Assembly (NCBI RefSeq): GCF_020745735.1
Contig: NC_083413.1
Coordinates: forward strand, 98,242,409-98,306,408
Source of the DNA: Hemiscyllium ocellatum
Lineage: Eukaryota
Direction: 5' to 3'
Length of the DNA: 64,000 nt
Shown here: one piece after another, positions 50,021-62,272 of the stretch
Position numbering within the stretch: the stretch's first letter is position 1
Layout: every line of letters begins with the position of its first letter
Program-made: the position numbers and the translations under genes
Notes under the pieces: model-generated
Told to the model about the DNA's origin: nothing
The model's database searches: none
What the model saw: the letters and a program-made list of their open reading frames with translations, nothing else

Positions 50021-50974
50021 ATTTTGTAGATGATGTTTGTTTTGCACGCTGTATAGGTGGTTTTCTTCTGCTCTTTGAAGTTCTACAGTGCTGCAGTGTG
50101 TGGTGGATCATTGAAATACTGTCCTAATGCAGCTTTGTTTGTGGGTGTTGGGATGATTGCTTCTGTAGTTCAGTATTTGGTCCATATGTGTTGTATTCCT
50201 GTGGATGTTCATTTGAAAGTCTCCATTGGCTGTCCGCTCTACTGTGACATCTAGAAATGGCAGGTTATTGTTGTTTTCCTCCTTCTTTATAAATTTCATG
50301 CCAGTAAGGATACTATTGATGATCTTGAAGGTTTCCTCTAAATTGTTTTGTTTACTGATCACAAAGGTGCCATCCATGCAACGAACTCAAAGTGTGGCTC
50401 GGTTGGTTGGGAGAGTTGTTTGTTTGAGTCTCTGCATTCCTGTTTCTGCGAGGAACCGTGATCTCGGTGATCCCATGGGTGTTCCATTGATTTGCTTGAG
50501 GGTCCTGCTATTGAAAGTGAAGTGAGTGGTGAGGCATAGTTCCACTAGCTTGATGATGTTGTCCTTGCTGATGAAGTTGGTGGTGTTTGGTGTATGTGTC
50601 TTTGGTTTTTCTAATAGCGAAGTCAGTGTTTCTTTGGCCAGGTTGATGTTGATGGATGGGAACAGGGCTGTTACGTCAAAGGAGACCATTATTTCATCCA
50701 CTTCTTTCTTGGTGTCTTTGATGAGGTTCAGGAGTTCTTAGGTGCAGTGATAGGAGTACTCTACTAAGTGCTTTAGACTTTTGTGGAGTTCCTTGGCTAG
50801 TCTGTATGTTGGTGTCCCTGGTAGTGAGACTGTGGGTCTGAGGGGGGCTCCTGGTTTGTGAACTTTGAGTAGTCCATAGAAGCATGCTGTGTTGGATCTG
50901 TCTGGTTTCATTTTTTGGAAGTCTGTCTTGTTCTCTCTTGATTTCTTAAGTTTTCTGAGTAAGGCTATGATTCA

Positions 50975-51400
50975 GTTCTCCAGTTGAAACCTTCCAACCC
51001 TGGCAACATCCTTGTAAATCTTTTCTGAACCTTTTCTGCACTCCAAGCAACACTTGTCAGGACCTTACCATTAAGTGTATAAGTCCTGCCCTGATTTACC
51101 TTTCCAAAATGCAGCACCTCACATTTATCTAAACTACATTCCATCTGCCACTCCTTGGCCTCGTGGTCTATCTGATCAATATCCCATTGTACTCTGAAGG
51201 TGCAGTGTACAGTAAAGAAGTTTACCTCAAATGTTGGTGTCATCTGCAAACGTACTCATTATACCTCCTGTGTTCACATCCAAATAAATTATGTAAATGA
51301 TGAAAAGCAGTGGACTCAGCTCCGATATTTGTGGCACACCACTGGTCCAGGCCTCCAGTCTGTGAAAACAACCCTCCATCACCACCCTCTGTCTTCGAGC
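50975..51400 (-). mobile_element. CR1 RT fragment
   Basis: ORF 50965-51249 WQMECSLDKCEVLHFGK. Confidence 0.78.
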
Positions 51401-51404
51401 CAGT

Positions 51405-51704
51405 TTAGATTACTAACAGTGTGGAAACAGGCCCTTCGGCCCAACAAGTCCACACCGACCCGCCAAAGCGTAACCTACCCATACATTTACCCCTTACCTA
51501 ACACTACGGGCAATTTAGCATGGCCAATTCACCTGACCCACACATCTTTGGACTGTGGGAGGAAACCGGAGCACCCGGAGGAAACCCACGCAGACACGGG
51601 GAGAACGTGCAAACTCCACACAGTCAGTCGCCTGAGTCGGGAATTGAACCCGGGTCTCAGGCGCTGTGAGGCAGCAGTGCTAACCACTGTGCCACCGTGC
51701 CGCC
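51405..51704 (-). mobile_element. HE1-type V-SINE (young copy) inserted in a CR1 fragment
   Basis: Nearly identical to 59889-60208. Confidence 0.92.
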
Positions 51705-52074
51705 TAGTTCTGTATCCAAATGGCTGGTTGATATGTACTACTTGACAACTACTGCTGTGTTATGATGTTTTGCAGGAGAATAGAAGGATTAGGTTAAATA
51801 TAATCTTTTTTATCTAGGTAGAATTTAATTTGCTTAGTCTCTACATTGCTAGGTGGATGCCAGGGGTATAGAAACACTAGAATACATCGAATAAGAAGGA
51901 GGCAATGCAATGGATCGGTCTTGAACATTGCAGCCAAGATATTATCAGAACCTGTAGTCTTCAATTTATCAATGCTCCCAGCCACAACTTGCTATCAGTT
52001 GTTGTGAACTGAATTGATTATCACAGCAGGTTCATGTTTTGTATCTCTGTAACCCCTTGAACATGAACTGTTCA

Positions 52075-52390
52075 CTCAGAATCTTAGAATCCCTGCAGTG
52101 TGGAAAAGGTCCTTTGGTCCAACAAGTCTACACTGATCCTCCAAACCCATATCCTATCACTCTTCATTTACCATTCACTAATACACTTAAGTTACACATC
52201 CCTGAACACTATGGGCAATTTAACATGGCCAATTCACCTAACCTGCACATCTTTGGATTGTGGATAAAACCAGAGTCCCCAGAGGGAACCCACACAGACA
52301 CAGGAAGGATGTGCAAACTCCACACAGATAGTCACCTGAGACTGGAATCAAACCCAGGTCCCTGGCACTGTGAGGCTGCAGCGCTAACCA
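52075..52390 (-). mobile_element. HE1-type V-SINE (older copy)
   Basis: Diverged reverse-complement match to the same family. Confidence 0.78.
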
Positions 52391-53477
52391 GTTGTTGCTT
52401 TGGACTATGTTAACATCTTTAAAGGTGCAACACCATACAGTTAAAACTGGCAGAGAATCATGTGAAAGCAATGTGCTATCCAACTCTAATCCATGCTATG
52501 CCTGATGGTTCACATTCTAATTCAACACGTTTGATATCTTTAGCCCAAAAGCACACTCTTCTCTGCTGCAGCTTCTTGCTGAGCTTCTCCACTGACTGTA
52601 ACCCTGTTACCATTTGACTGATAGTTCCACAAACTTTCATATTATATTAAAGTCTTCATTCTTGCAGCAGTGCATGGACTGATCTCCTAAACTGCACTGA
52701 ACCCATGGTTTTCTTTGACAACCATATTCTGCTTCTTGAATTCTTCAAGGAGAATTTCTTAGCATCCTGTTCGAGTCTAATTAGCTTTTTATCCTCGGTT
52801 CCTTTATTGTTCCTAAACAGGTTGTTTCTCAAATTAATTGGCTTTGTACATGTTGATATTAATTGGCTTAGACTATTAGGGTCTTTTATTCATTTAATCC
52901 TTGGTCAGTTTCCATTCACAGATTAGAAACCCTGGTCTCTGATCCCTGCCTTTTTGAAATTAGTATAGTTTTAGCAGTGAACCCTGATTTTTATGAATTA
53001 GTTTGACCATTACGTCTGTTAATCCTTGCAGGAAGACACAGCAGAAGATGGTCATGCTGTCCCTTAAGTCCACTTTGCCATTCAATGAAATCATGACGAT
53101 TTGATATAATGCGTACTGATTCCCTTCAAAATCGGTCAGTATTGAATGTCCTGATACAGCCTATACAGTCCTCTGTGATAAATAATTCCATAGATTCATT
53201 ACGTTCAGAGAAGAAATTCTACCTCATCTGTCTTAGATAAGTGAGAGATTATTCAGAGATTATGCCCTCTGCTCCTGTAAGAGGAACCAATCTTTCTGCA
53301 TCGACCCTGACAAGTTCTCTGGGAATCTCGGATTTCTCAAGAAGGTTGCATCTAATGTGGAAAGGTCCTGACCTGTACCACAGATACAGTCTGAACACAT
53401 GCGCTTTCCGAGCATTTTGTGTTTTTAATTTCCGATTTCCAGCATTGGCAACATTTTGCCTTTCCCTCGGGACATCA

Positions 53478-53780
53478 GGCATGGCATGATGGCTCAGCGG
53501 TTTGCACTGCTGCCTCACAGTACCAGGGATCCAAGTTCAATTCCAGTCTTGGGTGACAGTCTGTGTGGAGTTTGTTCAGTCTCCCAATGTTCTGCATGGG
53601 TTTCCGTCGTGTGTTCCAGTGTCCTCCCACAGTCCAAAGTTGTCACGTTAGGTGGAGTAAACATAGCAAATGTGTGATTGCAGTGTAGGGTAGGGAGTGG
53701 GGTCTGAGGAGAAAGCTCTTGGAGGGTCAGCACATACTCAATGGGCCAAATGGTCTTTCTTCACATTGTAGGGATTCTAT
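53478..53780 (+). mobile_element. HE1-type V-SINE (older copy)
   Basis: ggctcagcggtttgcactgctgcctcacag...ctgtgtggagtttg...ctcccacagtccaaag. Confidence 0.78.
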
Positions 53781-54508
53781 AATCAGGAATTTTTCCAGGT
53801 GGCATCTCGCCCATTTTCAGCTGTTCCTTCAACAATCTTTCATTTATCATACAAAGTCACAGTGATGGTCATTAGCAATTTTACATCATCCAGCTCCATT
53901 CCCAATTTCTTCCAGAATAAGGCAGCTCACAAGGCTCCCACAGCACGACTTGGACAACATTGTGTGGCAGGTAGTACTTACTAATGAAGAAAGCACCATT
54001 TCCAGCAAGAAAATATTCAGGAATCTTGTGACAGAGTGACATGGAGTGCTTCAGTATCTGAGGATGTAAGAATGCTTTGAACATTATGCAAATATTAGCG
54101 AACCCTCTGATTTATGGCATTCTGATTGAGAGGTCAGTTATACAGTCACTAAAGATACTTAGGGCTAAGACACAATCTTGAGGACCTCCTGCTGTGAGGT
54201 CTTGGAGCTTAGTTGGCTGACCTCCACAAACCACACCAATTTCTGTGGGTCTAGAGTCACATGTAGCCCAGAGCAGGTAAGGACAGTAGTTATCTTTCCT
54301 TAAAGGATATTAATGAACCAGGTGCATTTTCTTTGACAACTGACATTAGTTTCATGGTTGACATTAGAGTTATAATCCACATACTTATGAAATAATTATG
54401 AATGCTGGGATTTGACCCAATTCCATGATAGTATTTCTGAAGTATCTGAATATGAGCTAATTCAATGGCTGGCTTCCAGGCTGATTTGGAACGCAACTTG
54501 ATTTTTTT

Positions 54509-54812
54509 TAGATTAGATTACTTACAGTGTGGAAACAGGCCCTTCGGCCCAACAAGTCCACACTGATCTGGCGAAGCGCAACCCACCCAAACCCATTCCC
54601 CTACATTACCCCTTCACCTAACACTACAGGCAATTTTGTATGGCCAATTCACCTAACCTGCACATTTTTGGACTGTGGGAGGAAACCGGAGCACCCAGAG
54701 GAAACCCAAGCAGACACGGGGAGAATGTGCAAACTCCACACAGACAGTCGCCTGAGGCGGGAATTGAACCTGAATCTCTGGCGCTGTGAGGCAGCAGTGC
54801 TAACCACTGTTC
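54509..54812 (-). mobile_element. HE1-type V-SINE
   Basis: High-identity reverse-complement copy with (TTAGA)n tail. Confidence 0.9.
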
Positions 54813-55088
54813 CAATTACCCAATAAAGCTTTAAGATTTGTTTTTTACCATTTGGTGATAAGTTAAGTTGTTTCTATTTGATCCCAAAAAATGGAAATAC
54901 GACAGACTAAGTGATAGTGGTCAACTACATGAATTTGTCTTGACTATGAGAGCATCCAGTTTGTATCAGGGCAAGATAGGTTTGTGTATTTGCTCAGTGG
55001 GAGTTATAATGGAACGATGGATGATTAGAGGGAATTATTTTCCCATATAGAGGGAGGTATTGAGTAGAAAGGTAAAAGAATAATTTAT

Positions 55089-55150
55089 ATGTGTGTGAGG
55101 TAAATGTGGTGTGTGTGTGTGTGTATGTGCACACGTGTGTACATGTCTTT
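55089..55150. repeat. Imperfect (GT)n microsatellite
   Basis: Direct read. Confidence 0.75.
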
Positions 55151-55369
55151 CTGTGTCTCTGTGTGTAAAATACCTAAGAAATTCTTCTGCATGAATAAGA
55201 ACTCTTTCTTCCCCTTTGTCTTCAAAGATTTTGGAATGTGCTTATCTGAAAAAATGGAATTTGAAACCGAGAGTTCTAAGAACACATTTTGCCCCCACCT
55301 CAGTAAGGTTGAGAACAGCATTGGGAAGGAAACATGCAAAATGCAAAACAACAATCTCACTCTCAGTCT

Positions 55370-57310
55370 CTCTTGAGCAGATTTATATATGATGAGTACA
55401 GTTATTGAAGACTGGGGAGCTTCAAAGTACACAAATCCTGAGGTCTGGAGGAATTGTAACCAAGGAGACAAGGGAAGAAATTATAGGGACTCTGACCCAA
55501 ATGTTTAATTCCTCTCCGGCCACAGAGGAAGTATCATAGAACTGGAGAACAGCTGATGGGTTTTCACTTTTTGAGAAATGTGGTAGAGGTAGACCAGGAA
55601 TAATAGACCAGTGAGTGTCTATCAATGTTAGAGAAATTATTGGAGAAAATTCCAAAAGAAAGGATTAATCTCCAATTAAAGAAACAAGGTTTGATCATGG
55701 ATAGTCAGCACGGCTTTGTCAGATGGAGGTCATGCCTAACAAACCTGGTGGAGGTTTTGAGGAGGTGACCATGTCTGTGGACGTGGGTAGGACAATTGAA
55801 GTAGTTTATATGGGTTTTAGCAAAGTCTTTGACAAGGTCCCACATGGGGGCTTGAGAATGAAGGTAAAAGCATATGGCAGCTGGAGTAACTTGGCAAGTT
55901 GGCTGGAAAGTTGGCTCAGTCAGAGGAGGCAGCGGATATTGAGAGAAGGCTGTTTGTGTAATTAGAGGCTCGTGTACAGTGTGTATCACAGAGATCAGTG
56001 CTGAATCCCTTATTGTTTGTCATATTCATAAATAATACAGACCGGTCAGATGGGCAGATCAGTGGCAGATGCAATTTAACTCTGACAAATGTGAGGTGAT
56101 GCACTTTAGCAGAAGTCACAACATAAGGCAATGAGTGGTGGGACACCAGGAAGCTCAGAGTAACAGAAGGACCAAGGACCTTGAGGTGCTTGTTAACAGA
56201 TCCCCAAAGGCAGCAAGACAGGGTAATAGGATAGTTAAGGCATATAAGATACGTGTCTTTACCAGTCCAGGAATAGATAAAGTCTCAGAGATTCACAGCA
56301 TGGCCCAAATTGCTCGTGCCACCCAGTTTTCACAATTAAACTAGTCCCATTTGCCTGGGTTTGGTCCATATCCCTCCATACCTATCCCATCCATGTACCT
56401 ATTTAAATGTTTCTTAGGGCGGCACGGTGGCTCAGTGGTTAGCACTGCTGCCTCAGAGCACCAAGGACCCGGTTTCAATTCCCGCCTCAGGCAACTGTCT
56501 GTGTAGAGTTTGCACATTCTCCCTGTGTCTGTGTGGGTTTCCTCTGGGTGCTCCGGTTTCCTCCCACAGTCCAAAGATATGCAGGTTAGGTGAATTGGCC
56601 ATGCTAAATTGTCCATAGTGTTAGGTGTAGGGGAATGGGTCTGGGTGGGCAACAAGTGTGGACGTGTTGGGCCGAAGGGCCTGTTTCCACACTGTATTGA
56701 ATCTAATCTAATCAAATCACAAAATTGTACTTGCTTCTGCCAATACCTCTGGCAGCCTGTTACAAGCACTCACCACTCTCTGTCTGAAAAAAGTGTCCCT
56801 CTGAATCCTTTTGTATCTCTCCACTCTCACCTTAACCTATGCCCTCTAACTTTTGACTCTCCTATGCTGGCGAAAATCTGTTGGCTATCTATCTTATATG
56901 TATCTCACAAGATTTAATAGACCACAGTAAGGTTGCCTCTCAGTCTCCTACGTTCCCGGGGAAAAAAGTCCCAATCTATTCAACCCCGTCTTATAGCTCA
57001 AAGCTTCCAGTCCAGGTAGCATCCTAGTACATAGGGCCAATACTGAGGTGTAGCTGAAAGGCAGGAGGTTTAGAAGGAACATGACATCCAGAGTATGGCA
57101 GAGGCCTACAGTGCATTGCCCAGGAGGGTAACTGAGGAGAAAATCCTCAAAACCTTTAAAAAGTACTTGAATGAGCACTTGAAATGTCATAACATTCAAG
57201 ACTGTGGACTCAGTGCTGGGGAGTGGAGCTTGTGCAGCTTTTCATGTAATATTTGGAGGGACAATCTTTATGGATCGATGGGTATCTCTGTCCTGTATGG
57301 TGCTATCATT
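55370..57310. mobile_element. Mosaic of CR1 fragments (+ about 55370-56330; - about 56340-57030 split by a SINE; + about 57030-57310)
   Basis: ORF 55723-55965 VYMGFSKVFDKVPH and other RT/3' tail motifs. Confidence 0.72.
56417..56712 (+). mobile_element. HE1-type V-SINE
   Basis: gggcggcacggtggctcagtggttagcactgctgcctc... to aatctaatctaatc. Confidence 0.9.
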
Positions 57311-58330
57311 CTATTATTTTGAAGTTAAGGTTCTGATTTCTTTTTGTCTTTGCTTTGAGAAATTATTACCAAATGTAAGTTCCAGTTATTGTTGTGGTCA
57401 GTATTAGTTTCAGCTTCTGTATTCGAGTGCTCGATCAGACAGACTTTCCCAAATGAGTTGTGGAACTGAATTAACAAGGAAAGTAGTGGTATAACATGCG
57501 CAGTAGAACAGCTGTCAAGGTAAAACATGAGGTATTGAATGATTGAATATCCTAAGTAAAATAAAAGTCATCACAGAAAAGAATATCAGAAGATATTCAG
57601 ATGTTGATGGGACTATTAGTGTGTGAAACACTGCAAGCATTCTTGTTTGATGACAAGTTGCAAGGAGCGGTTGTGACCAAATAAGATTAGATTCATCCAG
57701 TCTTTGGGGTATTCAAATATAGACTTAAATTTCAATGACATTACATCATCAAAATAAACATGTTATTGTAATCTCTTTGTTTAAAATGATATTAAAAAGG
57801 TGATTGTGTAATCATATTTTCCCAGGAGGGATACAACAAACATATAAAATGAATCACAAAATATAAAACGATGTCTCATCTCTAATTTTGAGAGAATTCT
57901 CCAATTCGGACCGATGCCAGCAGCAATAAAATGTATTTTCTAAACATAATGATCTCAAAAATATATGACACCATCCTTGTCATTGTTGATGTACCCGGTA
58001 AGTCTTGTAACAACTTAAGTTACATAAGTCTATATTTCTGATCTGCATTTACTGATGATTTAATTTCCATTTAGCAAGGTAAATCCCAATGCCAGCTGAA
58101 AGTGCTCTACAGAGTTTAAAGTGAATTGTATGTTGATTAGGAAGTTTCTCAGTAACGTGTAGCAGTGTCTGTTTCTCTGGACTGTGCAGAATGGGTTCAC
58201 ACTGAAGCCTCAATGATGATGTTTGGCTGAGCACTGGCCCCAGCTGGTCGAGAAAGGGTTTAGCAAGACCTTTCTCTCTCCATGGTCACTTAAAGCCTGC
58301 TCTCAGTCAACTGGATTAGATTAGGTTCTC

Positions 58331-58510
58331 AGTGACATGGTGACTCAGTGGTTAGCATTGCTGACTCACAGCACCAGTGACCTGGGTTCCGTTCCTGCCT
58401 TTGGTGATTATCTGCATGGAGTTTGCATGTTCTCCCTGTGTCTGTGTGGGTTTCCTCCCACAATCTAAACATGTGTCGGTCAGGTCAATTGACCATGTTA
58501 AATTGCGCAC
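58331..58510 (+). mobile_element. HE1-type V-SINE, 3' truncated
   Basis: Head and V domain only. Confidence 0.72.
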
Positions 58511-59469
58511 AGTGTCAGGTCCATTCATTAGTGTTAGTATCAGTGTAGACCTTTTGTGCCAAACGTTTCCACCCTGTAGAAAATCTAATCATGATAAGGG
58601 TGGATCAGCCCAGATGGCTTTGACCATCTTGAGTTTTTTTCAGGCAGTGGATGCCTGGGGTTATGATATTTGTGAGGACAGATCACTGGGAGGGTTATTG
58701 AACACAAGGTTCCAACTACAATGTATATTGTTGAAATTATGTGAATGCCATGTGAGGTGTGCCATTTGTAAAATGATGCACAGTGCTGTGGTGCAGAGCC
58801 AATAGGATAAGTGCTGAGGTCTGGGGTTTTAGGTAGCTCAGAGGATCAAATTGTCCAACAGGATGTTTTCTATCTTGCCTTTTTATTTGCTTTATCCTTT
58901 GATGTTCCCCAAATGATAATGTGAAGGTCCTCCAATTTGCATTCATTTGGGATTATTATTTAGACTTTGGCTGTCAGTTTAAAAATGTAATTACTATCAT
59001 TATTATTCACATTATTGTTATAACATTATTATTACAACTATTTTGTCAGGACTGGTGTTTTCGAGACTAAAACCTCTGTATATATTTTTAGATGGATTCA
59101 CCTTGAGGCTAGAGTGTTACACCATGTACTACAGTACTCCATCAAATTTGTGAAATCTCTGTCATTGTACCTGGCTCAGAACGGTGGAGATTGGGTGGTA
59201 CAACTTCATTTTTTGTAGATGAAAGACATTTTGGTTTGGGATGACTGATGAGCAATTTCGGATATTTTGATATAGTTGTGCTGCTCCGAGGCTCCAATCT
59301 GGATCAAGAACATCTGGCCATATGGAGTGAAAGTCAGCCCTGCTACTGTGACACCCAACTGACCTGATGTTCAGTATTGAGGGACTTGCTGTGTTAGATA
59401 CTGTATCAGGATCACCAATTGAATCATAGTCCATCAACAGCATACTGCTGAACAGATATTAACATAAAC

Positions 59470-60570
59470 TATTGGAGATGATTCTTAGGGATAGGGTTTA
59501 CATGCATTTGGAAATGCAGGGCCTAATTAGGGACAGTCAGCATGGCATTATGCAAGGCAGGTCATGTCTTACTAACTTGATTGAATCTTTTGAGGAAGTG
59601 ACAAAGGCAATTGATGAGGGTAGAGCAGTGAATGTTGTCTGCATGGATTTCAGTAAAGGCTTCTGGTATGGTCCCTCATGGTGGGCTCATCCTGAAGATT
59701 ACACTACATGGGATCCATGGTGAGGTGAACTTCGATTCCCATAGAAAGCAGAGGATAGTGAGGAAAGGTGTTTTTCTGGCTGGAGGGTCATGACTCGTGG
59801 TGTTCCTCAAGGTTCCATAATGGGACCTCTGCCCTTTGTTTATTTGCAGATGATAGAACGTTCAGTGAAGTTGTGGATCAGGTTTTTTTAGATTAGACTT
59901 AGATTAGACTTACAGTGTGGAAACAGGCCCTTCGGCCCAACAAGTCCACACCGACCCGCCGAAGCGCAACCCACCCATACCCCTACATTTATCCCTTACC
60001 TAACACTACGGGCAATTTAGCTTGGCCAATTCACCTGACCCGCACATCTTTGGACTGTGGGAGGAAACCGGAGCACCCGGAGGAAACCCACGCAGACACG
60101 GGGAGAACGTGCAAACTCCACACAGTCAGTCGCCTGAGTCGGGAATTGAACCCGGGTCTACAGGCGCTGTGAGGCAGCAGTGCTAACCACTGTGCCACCG
60201 TGCCGCCCACTAAGGGCAGATTGGCTCAAATTGATCAGCAAGATCTGTTTAGATTGTCAAAGATACAGTGGAGATCAATTGCTGATATTGGTGGAAAGGT
60301 GGCAGATGGAGTTTAATCTGGGTAAGTATGAGGCGCTGCACTTTAGGAGATTGAAAGTTAGGGAAAAGATATACAGTTAATGGCAGAACCCTGAACAGCA
60401 GTGATGTACAGTGATCTTGGTGTTCAAGTCCATAGCTCCCTGCAAGTGACCATGCAAGTAAATAGGGTAGCAAAGAAGATATATGGTCAGCTTGCCTTTA
60501 TTGGCTGATAAATTGAGTACAAGAGTCAAGATGTCATGTTTCACCTTTATAAAGATTGTTCCTGAGCTGT
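59470..60570 (+). mobile_element. CR1 RT fragment split by an HE1 SINE
   Basis: ORF 59472-59723 SQHGIMQGRSCLTNLIESFEEV; FADD at about 59843; WQMEFNLGK near 60300. Confidence 0.82.
59889..60208 (-). mobile_element. HE1-type V-SINE (young copy)
   Basis: Full length; splits a CR1 RT fragment. Confidence 0.92.
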
Positions 60571-60806
60571 ACAGTTTGATGTTCTGTGTTGCAAATGTGT
60601 TGCTGGTCAAAGCACAGCAGGTTAGGCAGCATCTCAGGAATAGAGAATCAACGTTTCGAGCATAAGCCCTTCATGTGAATCACCTGTCGACCCTGATTTA
60701 CATGATGCTCTTTGTCTCATGGTGTGGGACATCATTGCACCGAATGTCACATGGGATGTCTGTCTAAACAGATCTTGCTGATCAATTTGAGCCAATCTGC
60801 CCTTAG
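60210..60806. repeat. Perfect 44-bp inverted repeat (60210-60253 and 60763-60806)
   Basis: ctaagggcagattggctcaaattgatcagcaagatctgtttaga and its exact reverse complement. Confidence 0.92.
60590..60675 (-). mobile_element. Truncated Penelope terminal-repeat fragment
   Basis: aatgtgttgctgg...gcagcatc...caacgtttcgagcataagcccttcat; the hammerhead has lost its CUG. Confidence 0.7.
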
Positions 60807-61394
60807 AAATGTTGTCATATTTTCGTCACATTCTGAATGATTGGAAAGCTGAGGTGAGTGGGAATGACTGCTCACCTGTATTCACTTTGTGGGAAGTCAC
60901 TCATGTCTTCACCCTGGCCATTCAGGGAACTGACCCCACACAGGGCAGTTCAGTGCATTCAGCCCCTTCTGGTTGGATAAAAGTTTCCATGTTGATTGAA
61001 TCTCTATATCAATATGAGGTGGTTTATTGGAGATCACATTGAGGTGCTGAGTAATCTCACTGTTTTGTGGCTATCGAGGAATCGAATTTAAATTGGGAGT
61101 GGATGAGAGGTAGTATGGAAGGGTCTTGCTGATTCCAGCTAGCACTTGGAAGTTTATAAATGTTTGCAGTAACAGTAACACTGAGCTGAATGTTCCCACA
61201 GTACATTGTAAATGTCAGGGCTGCTTCATCAACACTGCTGCCTGGGGCATGTCTGGAACAGTGTGTTTTACATCAGGGGACTAACACAGTGGATCAAACT
61301 CTTTCATGTAATAATGACACCGTTCTTCAATTCCATAATGATTCACTTGAAGGAAAATACAGTGTTCGATATATTGTGTCACCATAGTCTTACC

Positions 61395-61582
61395 AGACCG
61401 TAGGGCTCTCATTAGAGAGAAGAGGCTGCTGGTGATTTAACGTGAGGGTCACCAGACCTCAGATGAGGGAAGAGGTTGAGCAGGAGAGTCCTTCATGGTA
61501 ACCTCACGCCAGTGATGAGAATTGAGCCGATGCTGTTAGCATCATACTGCTCTGCCAACCAACAGTCCAGCCAACTGAGCTC
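61395..61582 (-). mobile_element. Old tRNA-derived SINE (different family)
   Basis: Reverse complement begins gctcagttggctggac... with a B-box-like segment; family not assigned. Confidence 0.5.
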
Positions 61583-62272
61583 AACCCATTCCCATGGAAT
61601 GTTGGATGACAAGATATTAAACAAATTTCATTTGACAGTCAAGGGAACGATGTCAGATTCAGAGAACATGTGTTGCTGCCATAATGCCAGAGGTTAGTAC
61701 AATAGAGAAGACTGAATGTTCTGGGGTACAAGCATTCTGTGATGGGCTCTCTTCAAGTATTTATTTCTTCTCTTCAAGTTCAGTCTTTACCTCCCCAGAG
61801 GATCCACCTCTCAGATGTGGGGTACTCTCTGAATGCTGATCCATTGGTGTGCATGACAAATACATTTAACCCTCGACTGACTGGTCACTGAACTGGGCAG
61901 TACAAATTCCTAATGTGTGATATCAATGTACACATTTAACATTTCCAAACTAACCCTGTGGTGTAAATTGTCAACTGAGAACAACAAAAAAAAGGTTTTA
62001 TTGCCCAAAGGCAATCTTCATTGCCCCTGATTTACTGGATTTATGTGTGATACTGAGTCAAGTCTCCAGAAATCACTCTGAATGAAGGTATTAATGATCA
62101 TGGAACTGAACTGTATTGGGATCACTAACATCAGGCTGGACCCTCTGATTGTAATAATGTCTTGTTGTTGGGAGAATCCATCATTGTAGAGCTGAATTGC
62201 AGAGCTGATTTCCAGAAGTGTGGTGACAGTGATTACCTTGGTCATGAAGACCACACTGAGTCAAGTGTAGCA

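Larger units (their letters stand above)
49404..50960 (-). mobile_element. Penelope-like element (RT plus GIY-YIG), degraded
   Basis: Minus ORFs MVSFDVTALFPSI...QINGTPMGSP and TFVI...LPFLDVTVER...YRSNHP are Penelope-type RT, with the YVDD motif mutated to CMDG. KHYI*QTGRKLSTRIHEHQ near 49800-49860 is the endonuclease. A nested insertion lies at 49891-50020. Confidence 0.88.

Noticed and set aside
41410-58943. Isolated consensus octamers at 41410, 54086 and 58936
   Set aside because: Far from the gene, unclustered and at about the chance frequency for AT-rich DNA.
59090-59445. Exon-like stretch with Ig-like or C-type-lectin-like words (GWY, FWFGMTD, FSIEGLAVLDT)
   Set aside because: Five or more stops in that frame and the motifs are inconsistent with one domain; not assignable by eye.
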